This document shows, one piece after another, positions 6,778 to 17,487 of a stretch of 64,000 bases of DNA. The stretch is from Bacteroidales bacterium (GTDB lineage: Bacteria > Bacteroidota > Bacteroidia > Bacteroidales > UBA1715). Position 1 is the first letter of the stretch, and each line of letters begins with the position of its first letter. Position numbers and translations under genes: made by a program. The notes beneath the pieces are model-generated. The model worked only from the letters and a program-made list of their open reading frames with translations. It made no database searches and was not told the origin of the DNA. The stretch covers positions 93,989-157,988 of the forward strand of contig JAKSTZ010000001.1 of NCBI GenBank assembly GCA_024402335.1, given 5' to 3'.

Positions 6778-8178
6778 TTATTTACACCTAGGTAAATCCT
6801 TAATACGAGGGTACAATTGTTGGTTATAAATGGTATCATCATATTTACGAACATAAGGAAGCGCATACTTCTGCCAAATGTCCATTTCTTCCTTTTCGGA
6901 CCTAAAAACTCCTGAATCCTTTAACGGAATCCAAATATCATAGGTTATTTTCACAGCCAAATCATAATAACGATTAAGTGCCGTCTCCCAACAAACATAT
7001 TTATTTGTCATCAAACTGTCAATATATGGTTTATACAAACTATCTATCGCAGTCTTAAAACTTTCCAAATCAAAGCCAACAGTTTTTTCAACTGATGAAC
7101 TTTTTTGTTCGGTAATTATTGCATGAACAGATGCACTATCACTTGATGTTTTAACAGGAACAGATTTAATAACTTGTTCTTCTGACTCGTAATTTACCAT
7201 AACCGTATCCCGAACAAATGCTCTATTACTTAACGTTTTAACAGGAATAGATTCAACAAATTGCTCTTCTGACTCGTAATTTTCCACAACCGTTTTTCGA
7301 ACAGAAGTACTATCATTCAACACTTCATTATTGTTAACATATTCAACAGTTGATACTGATGGTCGAAGTACAGTTTCTGTTTTTTTTAACATAAAAAAAC
7401 AAAATAGAACAATCATAAACACAAGAAGTCCAGAAACTATTCTTCTCAACCAATACAAACGTAATTGCTGCTGTATTTCAATAGCAGAACCATACCGTTT
7501 ATCCCTATTTTCTGTAGTACATTTTTTTGTAACACCTCTATAGCAATACGGGAAGACATCTCCCATTATTTTTCCGAAAGAATATAAATCGCTTCGGCAA
7601 TCAAGCACAACGCCTTCTTGCAGTTGTTCCGGAGCAATATAGTTCGCACTGCCGGCAGGTTGCTTTAGAATTGCATGGCTATCACTATCAGCCAAACCAA
7701 AATCAATAATTTTAACATGATTACCATTACGGGAAACAAGTATATTGCTTGGCTTTAAGTCTCTATGTATTATTTGTTTTGAATGAATATACTGCAAACC
7801 ATCAAGCAATTCATTCACCACTGCAATACGGATACGCGAAGATGGATTTAAACGAAGAAATTCCCGCAGAGTATAACCTTCAACGTATTCCAGCACAATA
7901 CATTTTCCAATTTTAGAATCATATTCAAAAGAAAATGCACTAACAATATTGGGATGATACAGCAAAGAAGTTAATTCATACTCTTTGCGTAAAAGATTTT
8001 GATAAATTGTTTGTTGCGCATATTCTGGCTTTAATCCTTTCAACACAAACCATCGTCCTTGGCGTTTTGCACGATATAGACAATTAAAGCTAGCACAAGG
8101 AATTTCCACATAATCAGAAAATTCCGAACATATCAATTCATTATTTGATAATACTATACCAGAAGATGAAGTGTCCAT
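6778..8178 (-). CDS. Ser/Thr protein kinase with one TM helix and an extracytoplasmic C-terminal region
   Basis: Hanks motifs [16 protein letters not shown] and YIAPE. TM segment: [18 protein letters not shown]. Confidence 0.9.
   Translation of the reverse strand: MDTSSSGIVLSNNELICSEFSDYVEIPCASFNCLYRAKRQGRWFVLKGLKPEYAQQTIYQNLLRKEYELTSLLYHPNIVSAFSFEYDSKIGKCIVLEYVEGYTLREFLRLNPSSRIRIAVVNELLDGLQYIHSKQIIHRDLKPSNILVSRNGNHVKIIDFGLADSDSHAILKQPAGSANYIAPEQLQEGVVLDCRSDLYSFGKIMGDVFPYCYRGVTKKCTTENRDKRYGSAIEIQQQLRLYWLRRIVSGLLVFMIVLFCFFMLKKTETVLRPSVSTVEYVNNNEVLNDSTSVRKTVVENYESEEQFVESIPVKTLSNRAFVRDTVMVNYESEEQVIKSVPVKTSSDSASVHAIITEQKSSSVEKTVGFDLESFKTAIDSLYKPYIDSLMTNKYVCWETALNRYYDLAVKITYDIWIPLKDSGVFRSEKEEMDIWQKYALPYVRKYDDTIYNQQLYPRIKDLPRCK
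7148..7321 (-). repeat. In-frame 87-bp tandem duplication (29 aa x2) in the kinase C-terminal region
   Basis: gttttaacaggaa-agatt-aa-aa-ttg-tcttctgactcgtaattt-cca-aaccgt occurs at 7148 and 7235. Protein: NYESEEQ(F/V)(V/I)(E/K)S(I/V)PVKT(L/S)S. Confidence 0.75.
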
Positions 8179-8216
8179 TCATACAAATATCACACATTTT
8201 TATGAAAAAAAGCTAT

Positions 8217-8786
8217 CTATTCGACCATAATTTCCTCCAAACCACCTTTTGTACCAAGAACGAAAGGCATAGGAGGATTATCTTCCTGTATAAGATTATC
8301 TATATATAACGGCTCATGATGTATAAAAAAGGAACATTCAAACGTATTTCCCACTTGCAACTTTGAATTCAATGCAGAAACAACACGGAACTTTATTCCT
8401 CCTAAAAAAAGAAAAGTACATTTTCTATCTGGTTTCCATGAAACGGTTACCATATTTCCTTCATGTAATTCCGACGTTTTAACTGATTGTGACACAATAA
8501 AATCGGAAGCATCCGGAGCTGAATCGTGTAATTTTACGAGAAAAGCATCCCAATGTTCGTATCCTAAGAACTGTGACAAAATATTTAACGTACTCCTACG
8601 GGTCATATCTGCCCCTTCTATATATCCCCATAAACGTTTTAATGTCGTAGGACTAATCGTTACATGCATTCTCTCCCATATAACACCAACCAAAAATTCA
8701 AAATCAGAAGGAGTGCGTATCAAACGATTTACCGACTGCTCAATTTCGTATCGCAACATCAATATTTCTGGAGAATGTTTTGTCAT
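8217..8786 (-). CDS. Hypothetical protein (189 aa), probably with an N-terminal HTH-like domain; co-oriented partner of the kinase
   Basis: ORF 38 nt upstream of the kinase gene. The N-terminal ISPTTLKRLWGY...RRSTLNILSQFLGY pattern looks like a helix-turn-helix. No firm family assignment. Confidence 0.55.
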   Translation of the reverse strand: MTKHSPEILMLRYEIEQSVNRLIRTPSDFEFLVGVIWERMHVTISPTTLKRLWGYIEGADMTRRSTLNILSQFLGYEHWDAFLVKLHDSAPDASDFIVSQSVKTSELHEGNMVTVSWKPDRKCTFLFLGGIKFRVVSALNSKLQVGNTFECSFFIHHEPLYIDNLIQEDNPPMPFVLGTKGGLEEIMVE

Positions 8787-8801
8787 CGCTTTTATTTTTC
8801 A

Positions 8802-8809
8802 CAAAAATA
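8802..8809 (-). promoter_or_regulatory. Bacteroidetes-type -7 promoter box (TATTTTTG on the minus strand)
   Basis: Matches the TAnnTTTG consensus; 16 nt upstream of ATG 8786. Confidence 0.4.
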
Positions 8810-8900
8810 AGTTGTTTTATCATTCAACCTACAGTCCTTTTTAGTCCATTTGGAAATTCAACTCCTACGCAATACCTTTGCCGGCAAAGATTTTCATACG

Positions 8901-10241
8901 ATGAAGGAAGAACGCGACTCACTTGATTTTAGCAAAGAGCCTGTAAGCCAACTCTTTCGCAAGATGTTCATTCCTACTCTTCTTGGTATGGTTTCGATGG
9001 TGGTACTTAACATTACCGATGGTGCATTTGTTGGACATGGTGTGGGCAGCGAAGCATTAGCTGCTATCAATATTGTGGCTCCATTATTTCTTATTGCTGG
9101 CGGTTTGGGACTATTATTCGGCATTGGCAGCAGTGTGGTCGCAAGCATTCATTTAGCAAAAGGGAATGAACACGCAGCAAATCTTAATCTTACTCAAGGT
9201 GTGATTGCAAGTGTGACTATTGGAATACTTGTCGGTTGTATTGTGTTGCTTTTTCCAGAACAAACATGCCTATTGTTTGGTGGTTCTGAAGCACTTATGC
9301 CACTTACTTGTGCTTATCTAAAATGGATTGCGCTACTTACCCCATTCAACATGTTCGGAATGACATCCATGTTTATGGTGAGATTAGACGGAAAGCCTCG
9401 ATTTGCCGGTTTTATGAATAGTTTTTGTGCAATACTCAACATTATTCTCGACTATATTTTCATTTTCCCACTACAAATGGGCATAGAAAGTGCAGCACTT
9501 GCCTCATTCATTGCATTAGCATTAGGAAATATTCCACTGGCAATATTCCTATTTACACAAACAACAAATATTCATTTTCACCCGATAAAACTATCTAAAA
9601 CCAGTCTATATCTATCTCTTCGAAACCTTGCATACCAGATAAAAATTGGTGCTTCGGCACTGCTTGGCGAACTTGCTATTGCATCGATTATGATCGTAGG
9701 CAACTATATGTTCATGCGTTTTCTTGGAGAAGATGGAGTTGCCGCCTATTCTGTTGGGTGTTATTGTCTTCCGATAGTGTTTATGATTGGTAATGCCATT
9801 ATTCAAAGTGTACAACCAATAATGAGTTTTGCTCACGGTGCAAATGACAAAATCCGCCTCTATGAAGCAAAAAAAATCGCGCTAAAGTTTGCATTACTCA
9901 TTGGTTTGGGCGGAATGATATCGCTACTATTTTTCTCAGAACCAATTACTTCTACTTTTCTTATTTCTGGGTGTCGTGCACATGAATTATGCAGCAATGG
10001 ACTACGGATATTTGCGCCATCATTCTTGTTTATTGCAATAAACATCGTTTTAATTGGCTACCTACAAAGTATCGAAGCGGCCAAAGCAGCAACAATTTTC
10101 ACTCTACTCCGCGGCTTCATTTTCTCCATACCATGTTTTATTGCTTTACCATATATTGTAGGATCCAATGGACTTTGGTTAGCATTACCGTGCGCTGAAT
10201 GTGCAACAATGGTATTACTTTTTATAAAAATGAAGAAATAA
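8901..10241 (+). CDS. MATE family efflux transporter
   Basis: About 12 TM helices and the N-terminus PVSQLFRKMFIPTLLGMVSMVVLNITDGAFVGHGVG, typical of MATE/NorM. The track ORF starts at TTG 8850; the first ATG is at 8901. Confidence 0.85.
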   Translation: MKEERDSLDFSKEPVSQLFRKMFIPTLLGMVSMVVLNITDGAFVGHGVGSEALAAINIVAPLFLIAGGLGLLFGIGSSVVASIHLAKGNEHAANLNLTQGVIASVTIGILVGCIVLLFPEQTCLLFGGSEALMPLTCAYLKWIALLTPFNMFGMTSMFMVRLDGKPRFAGFMNSFCAILNIILDYIFIFPLQMGIESAALASFIALALGNIPLAIFLFTQTTNIHFHPIKLSKTSLYLSLRNLAYQIKIGASALLGELAIASIMIVGNYMFMRFLGEDGVAAYSVGCYCLPIVFMIGNAIIQSVQPIMSFAHGANDKIRLYEAKKIALKFALLIGLGGMISLLFFSEPITSTFLISGCRAHELCSNGLRIFAPSFLFIAINIVLIGYLQSIEAAKAATIFTLLRGFIFSIPCFIALPYIVGSNGLWLALPCAECATMVLLFIKMKK

Positions 10242-10242
10242 T

Positions 10243-10656
10243 ATGATTAACCAGGTAGAATTTACACTTCAAGAAAGAAGACGTGGCTGTCATCTTATAA
10301 CAAGCGAGATTATTGCACAAATCAGTCATCTTTTACCGAAAACCGGACTACTTCATCTATTCGTTAAACATACTTCATGTGCGATTTCAATTAATGAAAA
10401 CGCCGATCCGGATGTCCGCAACGATATGGAGCAAATTCTTAATCATATCGTAAAGGAAAACGAGACATATTACCTTCATACACTTGAGGGTGCCGACGAC
10501 ATGCCAGCTCACGCAAAAAGTAGTTTGTTCGGCGTAAGTCTAACTATTCCTATAACAAACGGACATCTAAATTTAGGTACATGGCAAGGAATATACCTAT
10601 GTGAATTCCGTAACTATGGCGGACCACGAAAAATTGTCGCAACTATTTATTCGTAA
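10243..10656 (+). CDS. YjbQ/UPF0047 family protein (secondary thiamine-phosphate synthase-like)
   Basis: 137 aa; the motifs CHLITSEI, LHLFVKHTSCAISINENADPDV and HLNLGTWQGIYLCEF are characteristic of the family. Confidence 0.75.
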   Translation: MINQVEFTLQERRRGCHLITSEIIAQISHLLPKTGLLHLFVKHTSCAISINENADPDVRNDMEQILNHIVKENETYYLHTLEGADDMPAHAKSSLFGVSLTIPITNGHLNLGTWQGIYLCEFRNYGGPRKIVATIYS

Positions 10657-10662
10657 TTGATT

Positions 10663-11487
10663 ATGCAAACAAAAATAACATACAAAGCTATCGTTCTTGA
10701 TTTAGACGGAACGCTTACAAACAGTAAAAAAGAGATTACGCCAAGAACAAAAGAAGCGCTTATGAAGGCGCAAAAAATGGGTGTACGTGTCATCTTAGCT
10801 TCTGGCCGGCCGACACATGGAATAAGACATGTTGCCAAAGAACTTGAAATAGAACAATATGATGGCTATGTTTTATCGTTCAATGGTGGAACTATCACTC
10901 ATTGGCCAACAAAAGAGATACTATTTGACCAAAAATTAGATCCTTCATTTGTGCCTGAACTTTATAAAGCAGCCAAGGATAATAATTTTGAAATACTTAC
11001 TCCTCAAGGAGAAAGCATTGCGTCATCGAATATTCAAGACTCATACGTACAACACGAGGCGTTTATAAATAAGCTATCACTCATCCAATATGATGATTTT
11101 TTAAACCAAATACAATATCCTATCAATAAATGTCTTATTGTAGGAGATCCTACCCGTCTTGCCGTTTTGGAGAAAAATCTTGCAAAACAAATGGAAGGTC
11201 GTATGAACATTTATAGATCGGCAGACTTCTTCTTGGAATGCGTACCACTTGGCATAGACAAAGCAGCATCACTCGACAGGCTTTTCACAAAATTAGGCAT
11301 CAGAAAAGAAGAAGTTATTGCCTGCGGTGATGGACACAACGATATTTCCATGATACAATATGCGGGATTAGGAGTCGCCATGGCAAATGCCGACGATGAA
11401 GTAAAAAGTCAGGCAAATTTCATTACACTATCAAATGAAGAAGACGGTGTGGCTGCTGTTGTTGAACAATTTATACTACAACAATAA
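10663..11487 (+). CDS. Cof-type HAD-IIB phosphatase
   Basis: Motif I is VLDLDGTL. The C-terminal GDGHNDISM motif and ~270-aa length fit. ATG at 10663; the track ORF starts at TTG 10657. Confidence 0.85.
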   Translation: MQTKITYKAIVLDLDGTLTNSKKEITPRTKEALMKAQKMGVRVILASGRPTHGIRHVAKELEIEQYDGYVLSFNGGTITHWPTKEILFDQKLDPSFVPELYKAAKDNNFEILTPQGESIASSNIQDSYVQHEAFINKLSLIQYDDFLNQIQYPINKCLIVGDPTRLAVLEKNLAKQMEGRMNIYRSADFFLECVPLGIDKAASLDRLFTKLGIRKEEVIACGDGHNDISMIQYAGLGVAMANADDEVKSQANFITLSNEEDGVAAVVEQFILQQ

Positions 11488-11687
11488 TGACAGGTAAACA
11501 ACAAACATTATATGCTTTAATGGAAAATCAAGGATATAGCTATGGCTTTATTATGACTGCCATGCGTATTCTTGGTCAATCAAAACAAGCACTCGACGAT
11601 ATGATTATCTTCATTGATGACTTCCATCCAACTGAAGAACAATGCATAGAACATTTAGCAGAAATCTGCAGCGGAGGGCAACAATAA
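11487..11687 (+). CDS. Hypothetical small protein (66 aa)
   Basis: Its ATG overlaps the upstream stop (TAATG), and its stop abuts the next ATG; this operon context is the only support. Confidence 0.4.
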   Translation: MTGKQQTLYALMENQGYSYGFIMTAMRILGQSKQALDDMIIFIDDFHPTEEQCIEHLAEICSGGQQ

Positions 11688-11966
11688 ATGACTACTTTGT
11701 TTTTATACTATATCATAGGAATTTCAGTCATTACATTCTTTGTTTATGGCATCGACAAATACAAAGCGAAACAGCAACAATGGAGAATTCCAGAGAAGAC
11801 ACTTATTATGTTGGCTATAATTGGAGGTTCTATTGGTGCATTAGCGGCAATGCGCATATTCCGCCACAAAACACTACATACTAAATTTCGATTGGGAGTA
11901 CCTTGTATTCTTATAATACAGGTTGTGTGCCTGTATTATCTACAGCAACAAGGATTATTCTTGTAA
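11688..11966 (+). CDS. DUF1294 family membrane protein
   Basis: YGIDKYKAKQQQWRIPEKTLIMLAIIGGSIGALAAMRIFRHKT is the typical DUF1294 signature. Confidence 0.7.
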   Translation: MTTLFLYYIIGISVITFFVYGIDKYKAKQQQWRIPEKTLIMLAIIGGSIGALAAMRIFRHKTLHTKFRLGVPCILIIQVVCLYYLQQQGLFL

Positions 11967-12413
11967 TAACTTATCCAAATCCGACAATTCTTCTTCGCTT
12001 TGCAATGCCGGGAAATTTATTTTGTCGGTGATTAAATACGATACTGGGAAATCAACCAATAACTTTTTGTACAAAGCATACGCTTCGTCTTTTGTGCGAA
12101 AATCACCCACACGTATTTTGAAAAATGGAGGCTGATAAATTAAATAGGCACCAATATCCGGATACTTCGACAAAAACAATTTACGTTTGTTTTGTGCTTC
12201 TGTTCTTGAATTTGTTCCCGAAGAATTATATATCTGCACGCGCCATCCTGTCATTGTGCCATTTTGTTCTTTTGCCAATGCTTTATGCGTGTTCAATAAT
12301 TCTTGAATACGACTATCCTGAGTAATTGTGATTACCCCATATTGCGTTGTATCAACCTGAGCAAATGCTCCAAGCGACAACATCACACACACTATGACCA
12401 ATAGTTTCTTCAT
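11955..12413 (-). CDS. SPOR domain-containing protein
   Basis: Signal peptide, then GWRVQIYNSSGTNSRTEAQNKRKLFLSKYPDIGAYLIYQPPFFKIRVGDFRTKDEAYALYKKL, a SPOR-like pattern. Confidence 0.7.
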   Translation of the reverse strand: MKKLLVIVCVMLSLGAFAQVDTTQYGVITITQDSRIQELLNTHKALAKEQNGTMTGWRVQIYNSSGTNSRTEAQNKRKLFLSKYPDIGAYLIYQPPFFKIRVGDFRTKDEAYALYKKLLVDFPVSYLITDKINFPALQSEEELSDLDKLLQE

Positions 12414-12484
12414 CAGTATTCTTTCTGCAAAAATATGATTTTACTAATACACAACAATCAGTTCGTCTTTTTTTTCGCTAACAA

Positions 12485-13531
12485 TTATTTATCTATATAA
12501 ACCTTATCCAATCCAAGTATATTCAAATGATTGGTACACAAGTTTTTTACATATGAACGAGTTATATTATAATGTCGTTGTGCGCCATATAATGTTATAC
12601 CGTTTGCATCGGAGATTTCGTACTCCATGTCTTCCGGAAACCTTGCTACAATTGAAGGGACTTTCTCACCCGGTACAAGCAAAATAGCATCAATTTCGTT
12701 ATTTACAAACAAATCTACTTCATCATCTAAAGTCTTTACCTTAGTTATACGCACAGTATCGAGATAAGGCAATTTACAGTTTTTCTCGTCTTTGCCAAAA
12801 TAGTATTTACTCTTTATGAAACGAAACTCGAGGCTGTCATGTTCATACAAAAAAGGACCAACATTAACTGTTGACTCCATTCCATACTTTTCAACTGCTT
12901 CATGTGGAATTATTGCCGCTGCCGGATATGCAAGATTCTTCAAAAAATGGGCAGATGGTTTATCCAATGTAACTGACAACGTATAGTCATCTATAACCTT
13001 AATACCGGCGATACGACTTGTATCACGCTGCTCATCTGTCATAGAAAAATATTCTTTTGCGCCCTGAATACGATAGACCGTATTCGTGAAATTTGCAGTA
13101 CTATAAAGTGGATTTGCAAGTATATGGAATGTGTATTTAACGTCGTAGGCAGTAACATTTCTTGTCATCGAACGACCAAAACATTCATTCTTGTTGAAAC
13201 GAGCTGTAGAATCAAGATAAAAAGTATAAACAAGACCGGAATTATCGACTTCCCAATCACGACAAACTGAATTTTCCACCTCTACAGTCACAGGATTTAT
13301 TTTAAATAAACCTGTATAAAACATACTAGCGAAACATTTTTCCAGCTCACTTCCTATTGTTGGTGGGAATATATAGTCGTCGAAAGTGTAGCGAAACACC
13401 GCAAGTCGAAGCGTGCCACCACTCTTCTCACTCTCTTGCTTATTTGAAGTATTTGCACAAGAAGCAAAAACAAATAGGGCAAGAAAAACAAGAAGAATAT
13501 TCTTACAACTATATGTTTTGAAATACTGCAT
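12485..13531 (-). CDS. Lipoprotein resembling a family-5 ABC substrate-binding protein (short form)
   Basis: Lipobox FASC. GGTLRLAV...GLFKINP...WEVDNSGLVYTFYL resembles the SBP_bac_5 N-terminal lobe, but at 348 aa it is shorter than typical members. Confidence 0.5.
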   Translation of the reverse strand: MQYFKTYSCKNILLVFLALFVFASCANTSNKQESEKSGGTLRLAVFRYTFDDYIFPPTIGSELEKCFASMFYTGLFKINPVTVEVENSVCRDWEVDNSGLVYTFYLDSTARFNKNECFGRSMTRNVTAYDVKYTFHILANPLYSTANFTNTVYRIQGAKEYFSMTDEQRDTSRIAGIKVIDDYTLSVTLDKPSAHFLKNLAYPAAAIIPHEAVEKYGMESTVNVGPFLYEHDSLEFRFIKSKYYFGKDEKNCKLPYLDTVRITKVKTLDDEVDLFVNNEIDAILLVPGEKVPSIVARFPEDMEYEISDANGITLYGAQRHYNITRSYVKNLCTNHLNILGLDKVYIDK

Positions 13532-13958
13532 TATAATCTATCAACTGTTGTTTTTTAGTAATATTCGCTGGCGAGACTTTTTGTATAAACGTAATTTCCG
13601 CACAACTACGCAATTTTCTTTGCAGCCACCGTATTTGCGCCTCGGAAAATACTGGAGATATTTTCACAAAAAAAGTCACCGTACGTAGAAAAACAAAAAG
13701 TGGCCCTTCCTCTGTTTTATTATCAACTATAGAAACTTCATAACGTTTTTCTTCATCAAAGAAAGAAAACACAACAGGAACTGTTTCCTTACCGTTTATA
13801 ATAATAGGAGAAAGATTTTTACGCTGTAAATCTATTTCAAACAGGCGATTCAACAAGGCACAAAACTTATAATCCGGCAAAACAGTGCCTATAGCAAATA
13901 CTTCGAAGAATTCGCCTTGCGGACTATGTTTTATGACCACTTGTTTTTTTATCATCAT
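13509..13958 (-). CDS. Hypothetical protein (149 aa)
   Basis: The ORF overlaps the downstream gene by 23 nt. The C-terminal ...QQLIDY and the size are reminiscent of the Bacteroidetes IPExxxVDY family. That is from memory only and is not asserted. Confidence 0.45.
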   Translation of the reverse strand: MMIKKQVVIKHSPQGEFFEVFAIGTVLPDYKFCALLNRLFEIDLQRKNLSPIIINGKETVPVVFSFFDEEKRYEVSIVDNKTEEGPLFVFLRTVTFFVKISPVFSEAQIRWLQRKLRSCAEITFIQKVSPANITKKQQLIDYNAVFQNI

Positions 13959-14686
13959 TTAAAATCTTTTAAGAAGAACAAAAGACTCAACCAAAACGAT
14001 TCATTTCCTTCCGATTCCCACCATAATGATTTAGCGCCATGTTCTTTTGTATTTTTTTCTGGGCGGAACACCACTTTTTTCTGTGTGGCAACATTTTTTA
14101 CCAAAGCAGACACATAGGAATATTCTGTACGATTACTTGCCACATACAATGGAGTCTTTAGATTCTTCACATAGTCCGCCATATTCATTTCCCCGAAAAA
14201 TTCCCCTGGGCTATATGCAATCACAGCCTTAAACAACGAAGCGCTATCGGTTGCCACTTTTAAGCACAACGAGGCAGAAAAAGAGCTACCCATAATGAAT
14301 AATTCAGCATCCGGTTTTTCAGAACGTACATAATCAATAGCAGCAAGAATATCCTTTTCGCAATCAAGCATAGAGACCGCATAATTACCCGATTTTGCAG
14401 ACATTGCTGTTTCATTATTGATAAAGTTGACTTCGTTTCCATATCTCAAATCAACAGCAATACAATTGTAATCAAGTTTTACTAATCTTTTTGCGATTTG
14501 TTGGAATTCGCCACGACTATATTCCTCTTGATGAAACAAAAGCATATACTTATTCGAAGGCTCAAATGTCTCGTACACATCGGCTGTAATTGAAAGGCCA
14601 TCGGATGCAGTAAATGACACAATCTTCTGTCCACACACTGTAAATGCAAGACAAAGACATAATATGATTGTGTATAGTTTCTTCAT
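13955..14686 (-). CDS. Secreted alpha/beta hydrolase (dienelactone-hydrolase-like)
   Basis: Signal peptide and a nucleophile-elbow-like MGSSFSAS (G-x-S-x-S); ~240 aa. Confidence 0.55.
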   Translation of the reverse strand: MKKLYTIILCLCLAFTVCGQKIVSFTASDGLSITADVYETFEPSNKYMLLFHQEEYSRGEFQQIAKRLVKLDYNCIAVDLRYGNEVNFINNETAMSAKSGNYAVSMLDCEKDILAAIDYVRSEKPDAELFIMGSSFSASLCLKVATDSASLFKAVIAYSPGEFFGEMNMADYVKNLKTPLYVASNRTEYSYVSALVKNVATQKKVVFRPEKNTKEHGAKSLWWESEGNESFWLSLLFFLKDFK

Positions 14687-14698
14687 AGTTATAATACC

Positions 14699-14729
14699 AA
14701 AAAAGCCACTATTTGATTAGTGGCTTTTT
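14699..14729 (-). terminator. Rho-independent terminator downstream of atpC
   Basis: Stem AGCCACTA (14704-14711) / TAGTGGCT (14718-14725), with an A-run and a T-run on both sides. Confidence 0.75.
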
Positions 14730-14748
14730 AACTGAGTCCAAATGTATA

Positions 14749-14985
14749 TTATTCAACTAATACGATTACCTTATTTGCAGACTGTTCCACAACACCGCCA
14801 CCAATTTCAAATGTTTGTGTTTGATTGTCGTTGTCAACTATTGTTATAGTTCCTGCCGACAATGTTGCAACAATAGGAGCGTGATGTTCCAACATACCAA
14901 ATGAACCGTTACTGCCAGGCAAGTTGATTTCCTTTGCCGTACCAGAGAACAATTTTTCTGTTGGGGTAATTATATCGATTGTCAT
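14749..14985 (-). CDS. atpC: F0F1 ATP synthase subunit epsilon (short form)
   Basis: 78 aa, immediately downstream of atpD. LFSGTAKEINLPGSNGSFGMLEHHAPIV is the typical epsilon N-terminal domain. Confidence 0.85.
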   Translation of the reverse strand: MTIDIITPTEKLFSGTAKEINLPGSNGSFGMLEHHAPIVATLSAGTITIVDNDNQTQTFEIGGGVVEQSANKVIVLVE

Positions 14986-14993
14986 AATTTCAA

Positions 14994-16520
<1,527 letters not shown>

Positions 16521-16543
16521 TTATCTTATTTTGTACGTTATCA

Positions 16544-16551
16544 CAAAAGTA
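16544..16551 (-). promoter_or_regulatory. Bacteroidetes-type -7 promoter box (TACTTTTG on the minus strand) for atpDC
   Basis: Matches TAnnTTTG; 42 nt upstream of the atpD ATG. Confidence 0.4.
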
Positions 16552-16605
16552 CTTTTTTTTTGAATACCACAAAAGATTTCTTCTTTTTTTTCTACTATCA
16601 AACTG

Positions 16606-16637
16606 AAAAAAACAGAAGCCACAAAATATGGCTTCTG
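16606..16637 (-). terminator. Rho-independent terminator (minus strand)
   Basis: Stem CAGAAGCCA (16613-16621) / TGGCTTCTG (16629-16637). A7 at 16606-16612 gives a U7 tail on the minus strand. Confidence 0.75.
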
Positions 16638-16905
16638 CGATGGGGCGGTATTGCGAGATTTCTATTCATGTCATTTTGCCCCTCAACGACACGAGTACAA
16701 TGATTGGCATGACAAAGATTACACTATTTTTACATTCCACAAAATGCCCCAAACAGCTGTTTGTCCAACTGACACAGACTATTAGGATTTCGTTGGAATT
16801 CCTACAATATTTTTATGGTTATTTGGTAAAATTTTTCGGAAAAACTGAAAACAGTACACAAAACTGAGCGTAGATATTTGCTCCTGTCTATCAAACAAAA
16901 CGCAA

Positions 16906-17487
16906 TTACAAATCGGTAATATCGACCAATTTGTTCATGATTGCATAACTGGTCAAGCCCGCGATACTATTAATTCCTAATTTATGGGAAATATTTTTTC
17001 TGTGTGACACAACAGTATAGACCGACAAACTAAACTCATCGGCAATTTCTTTATTGGAACGGCCTTTGGCAACGGCTGCAAGAATTTCTTTCTCGCGCGG
17101 AGAAAGTTCATTACTTGCCTCCACCTTAGGACGATCGGATACAGCTTCAATAGCATTACGCAAACGACGCAACAATTGTTCCTCTGTATGAAAAAGTCCA
17201 ACATATCCATCGTAAGGTTTTAGCACCGACTCATCGTAAGGTCCATAAGTAATGGCTACAAATGCAGTATTATTTTGAGTAGGCAAAAGCGAACGTATGT
17301 TCCCATCTCTATCTAAAGAAACATTCACGAGCATAACATCGGCCATACCATACTGAAATTCATTATATGCAGACAAACATGGCAATGTTGCAAGTACCGA
17401 AAAATCAGCGTTGCTTTCCACAAGTTTTTTCAATCCTGCAGAAACAATCAGCGATGGTTCAATAATCACAACTTTTGTCTTTTTCAT
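16906..17487 (-). CDS. LuxR-family DNA-binding protein with an atypical (probably non-phosphorylatable) receiver domain
   Basis: The C-terminal LSPREKEILAAVAKGRSNKEIADEFSLSVYTVVSHRKNISHKLG is a LuxR/GerE HTH. In the receiver-like N-terminus, VVIIEPS replaces the acidic DD pair and DVMLVNVSL places Asn where the phospho-acceptor Asp is expected. Confidence 0.8.
   Translation of the reverse strand: MKKTKVVIIEPSLIVSAGLKKLVESNADFSVLATLPCLSAYNEFQYGMADVMLVNVSLDRDGNIRSLLPTQNNTAFVAITYGPYDESVLKPYDGYVGLFHTEEQLLRRLRNAIEAVSDRPKVEASNELSPREKEILAAVAKGRSNKEIADEFSLSVYTVVSHRKNISHKLGINSIAGLTSYAIMNKLVDITDL

Noticed and set aside
16628-16867. 79-aa plus-strand ORF in the LuxR/atpD intergenic region
   Set aside because: No supporting motif. 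It starts inside the stem of the minus-strand terminator, and the region looks like structured noncoding sequence.
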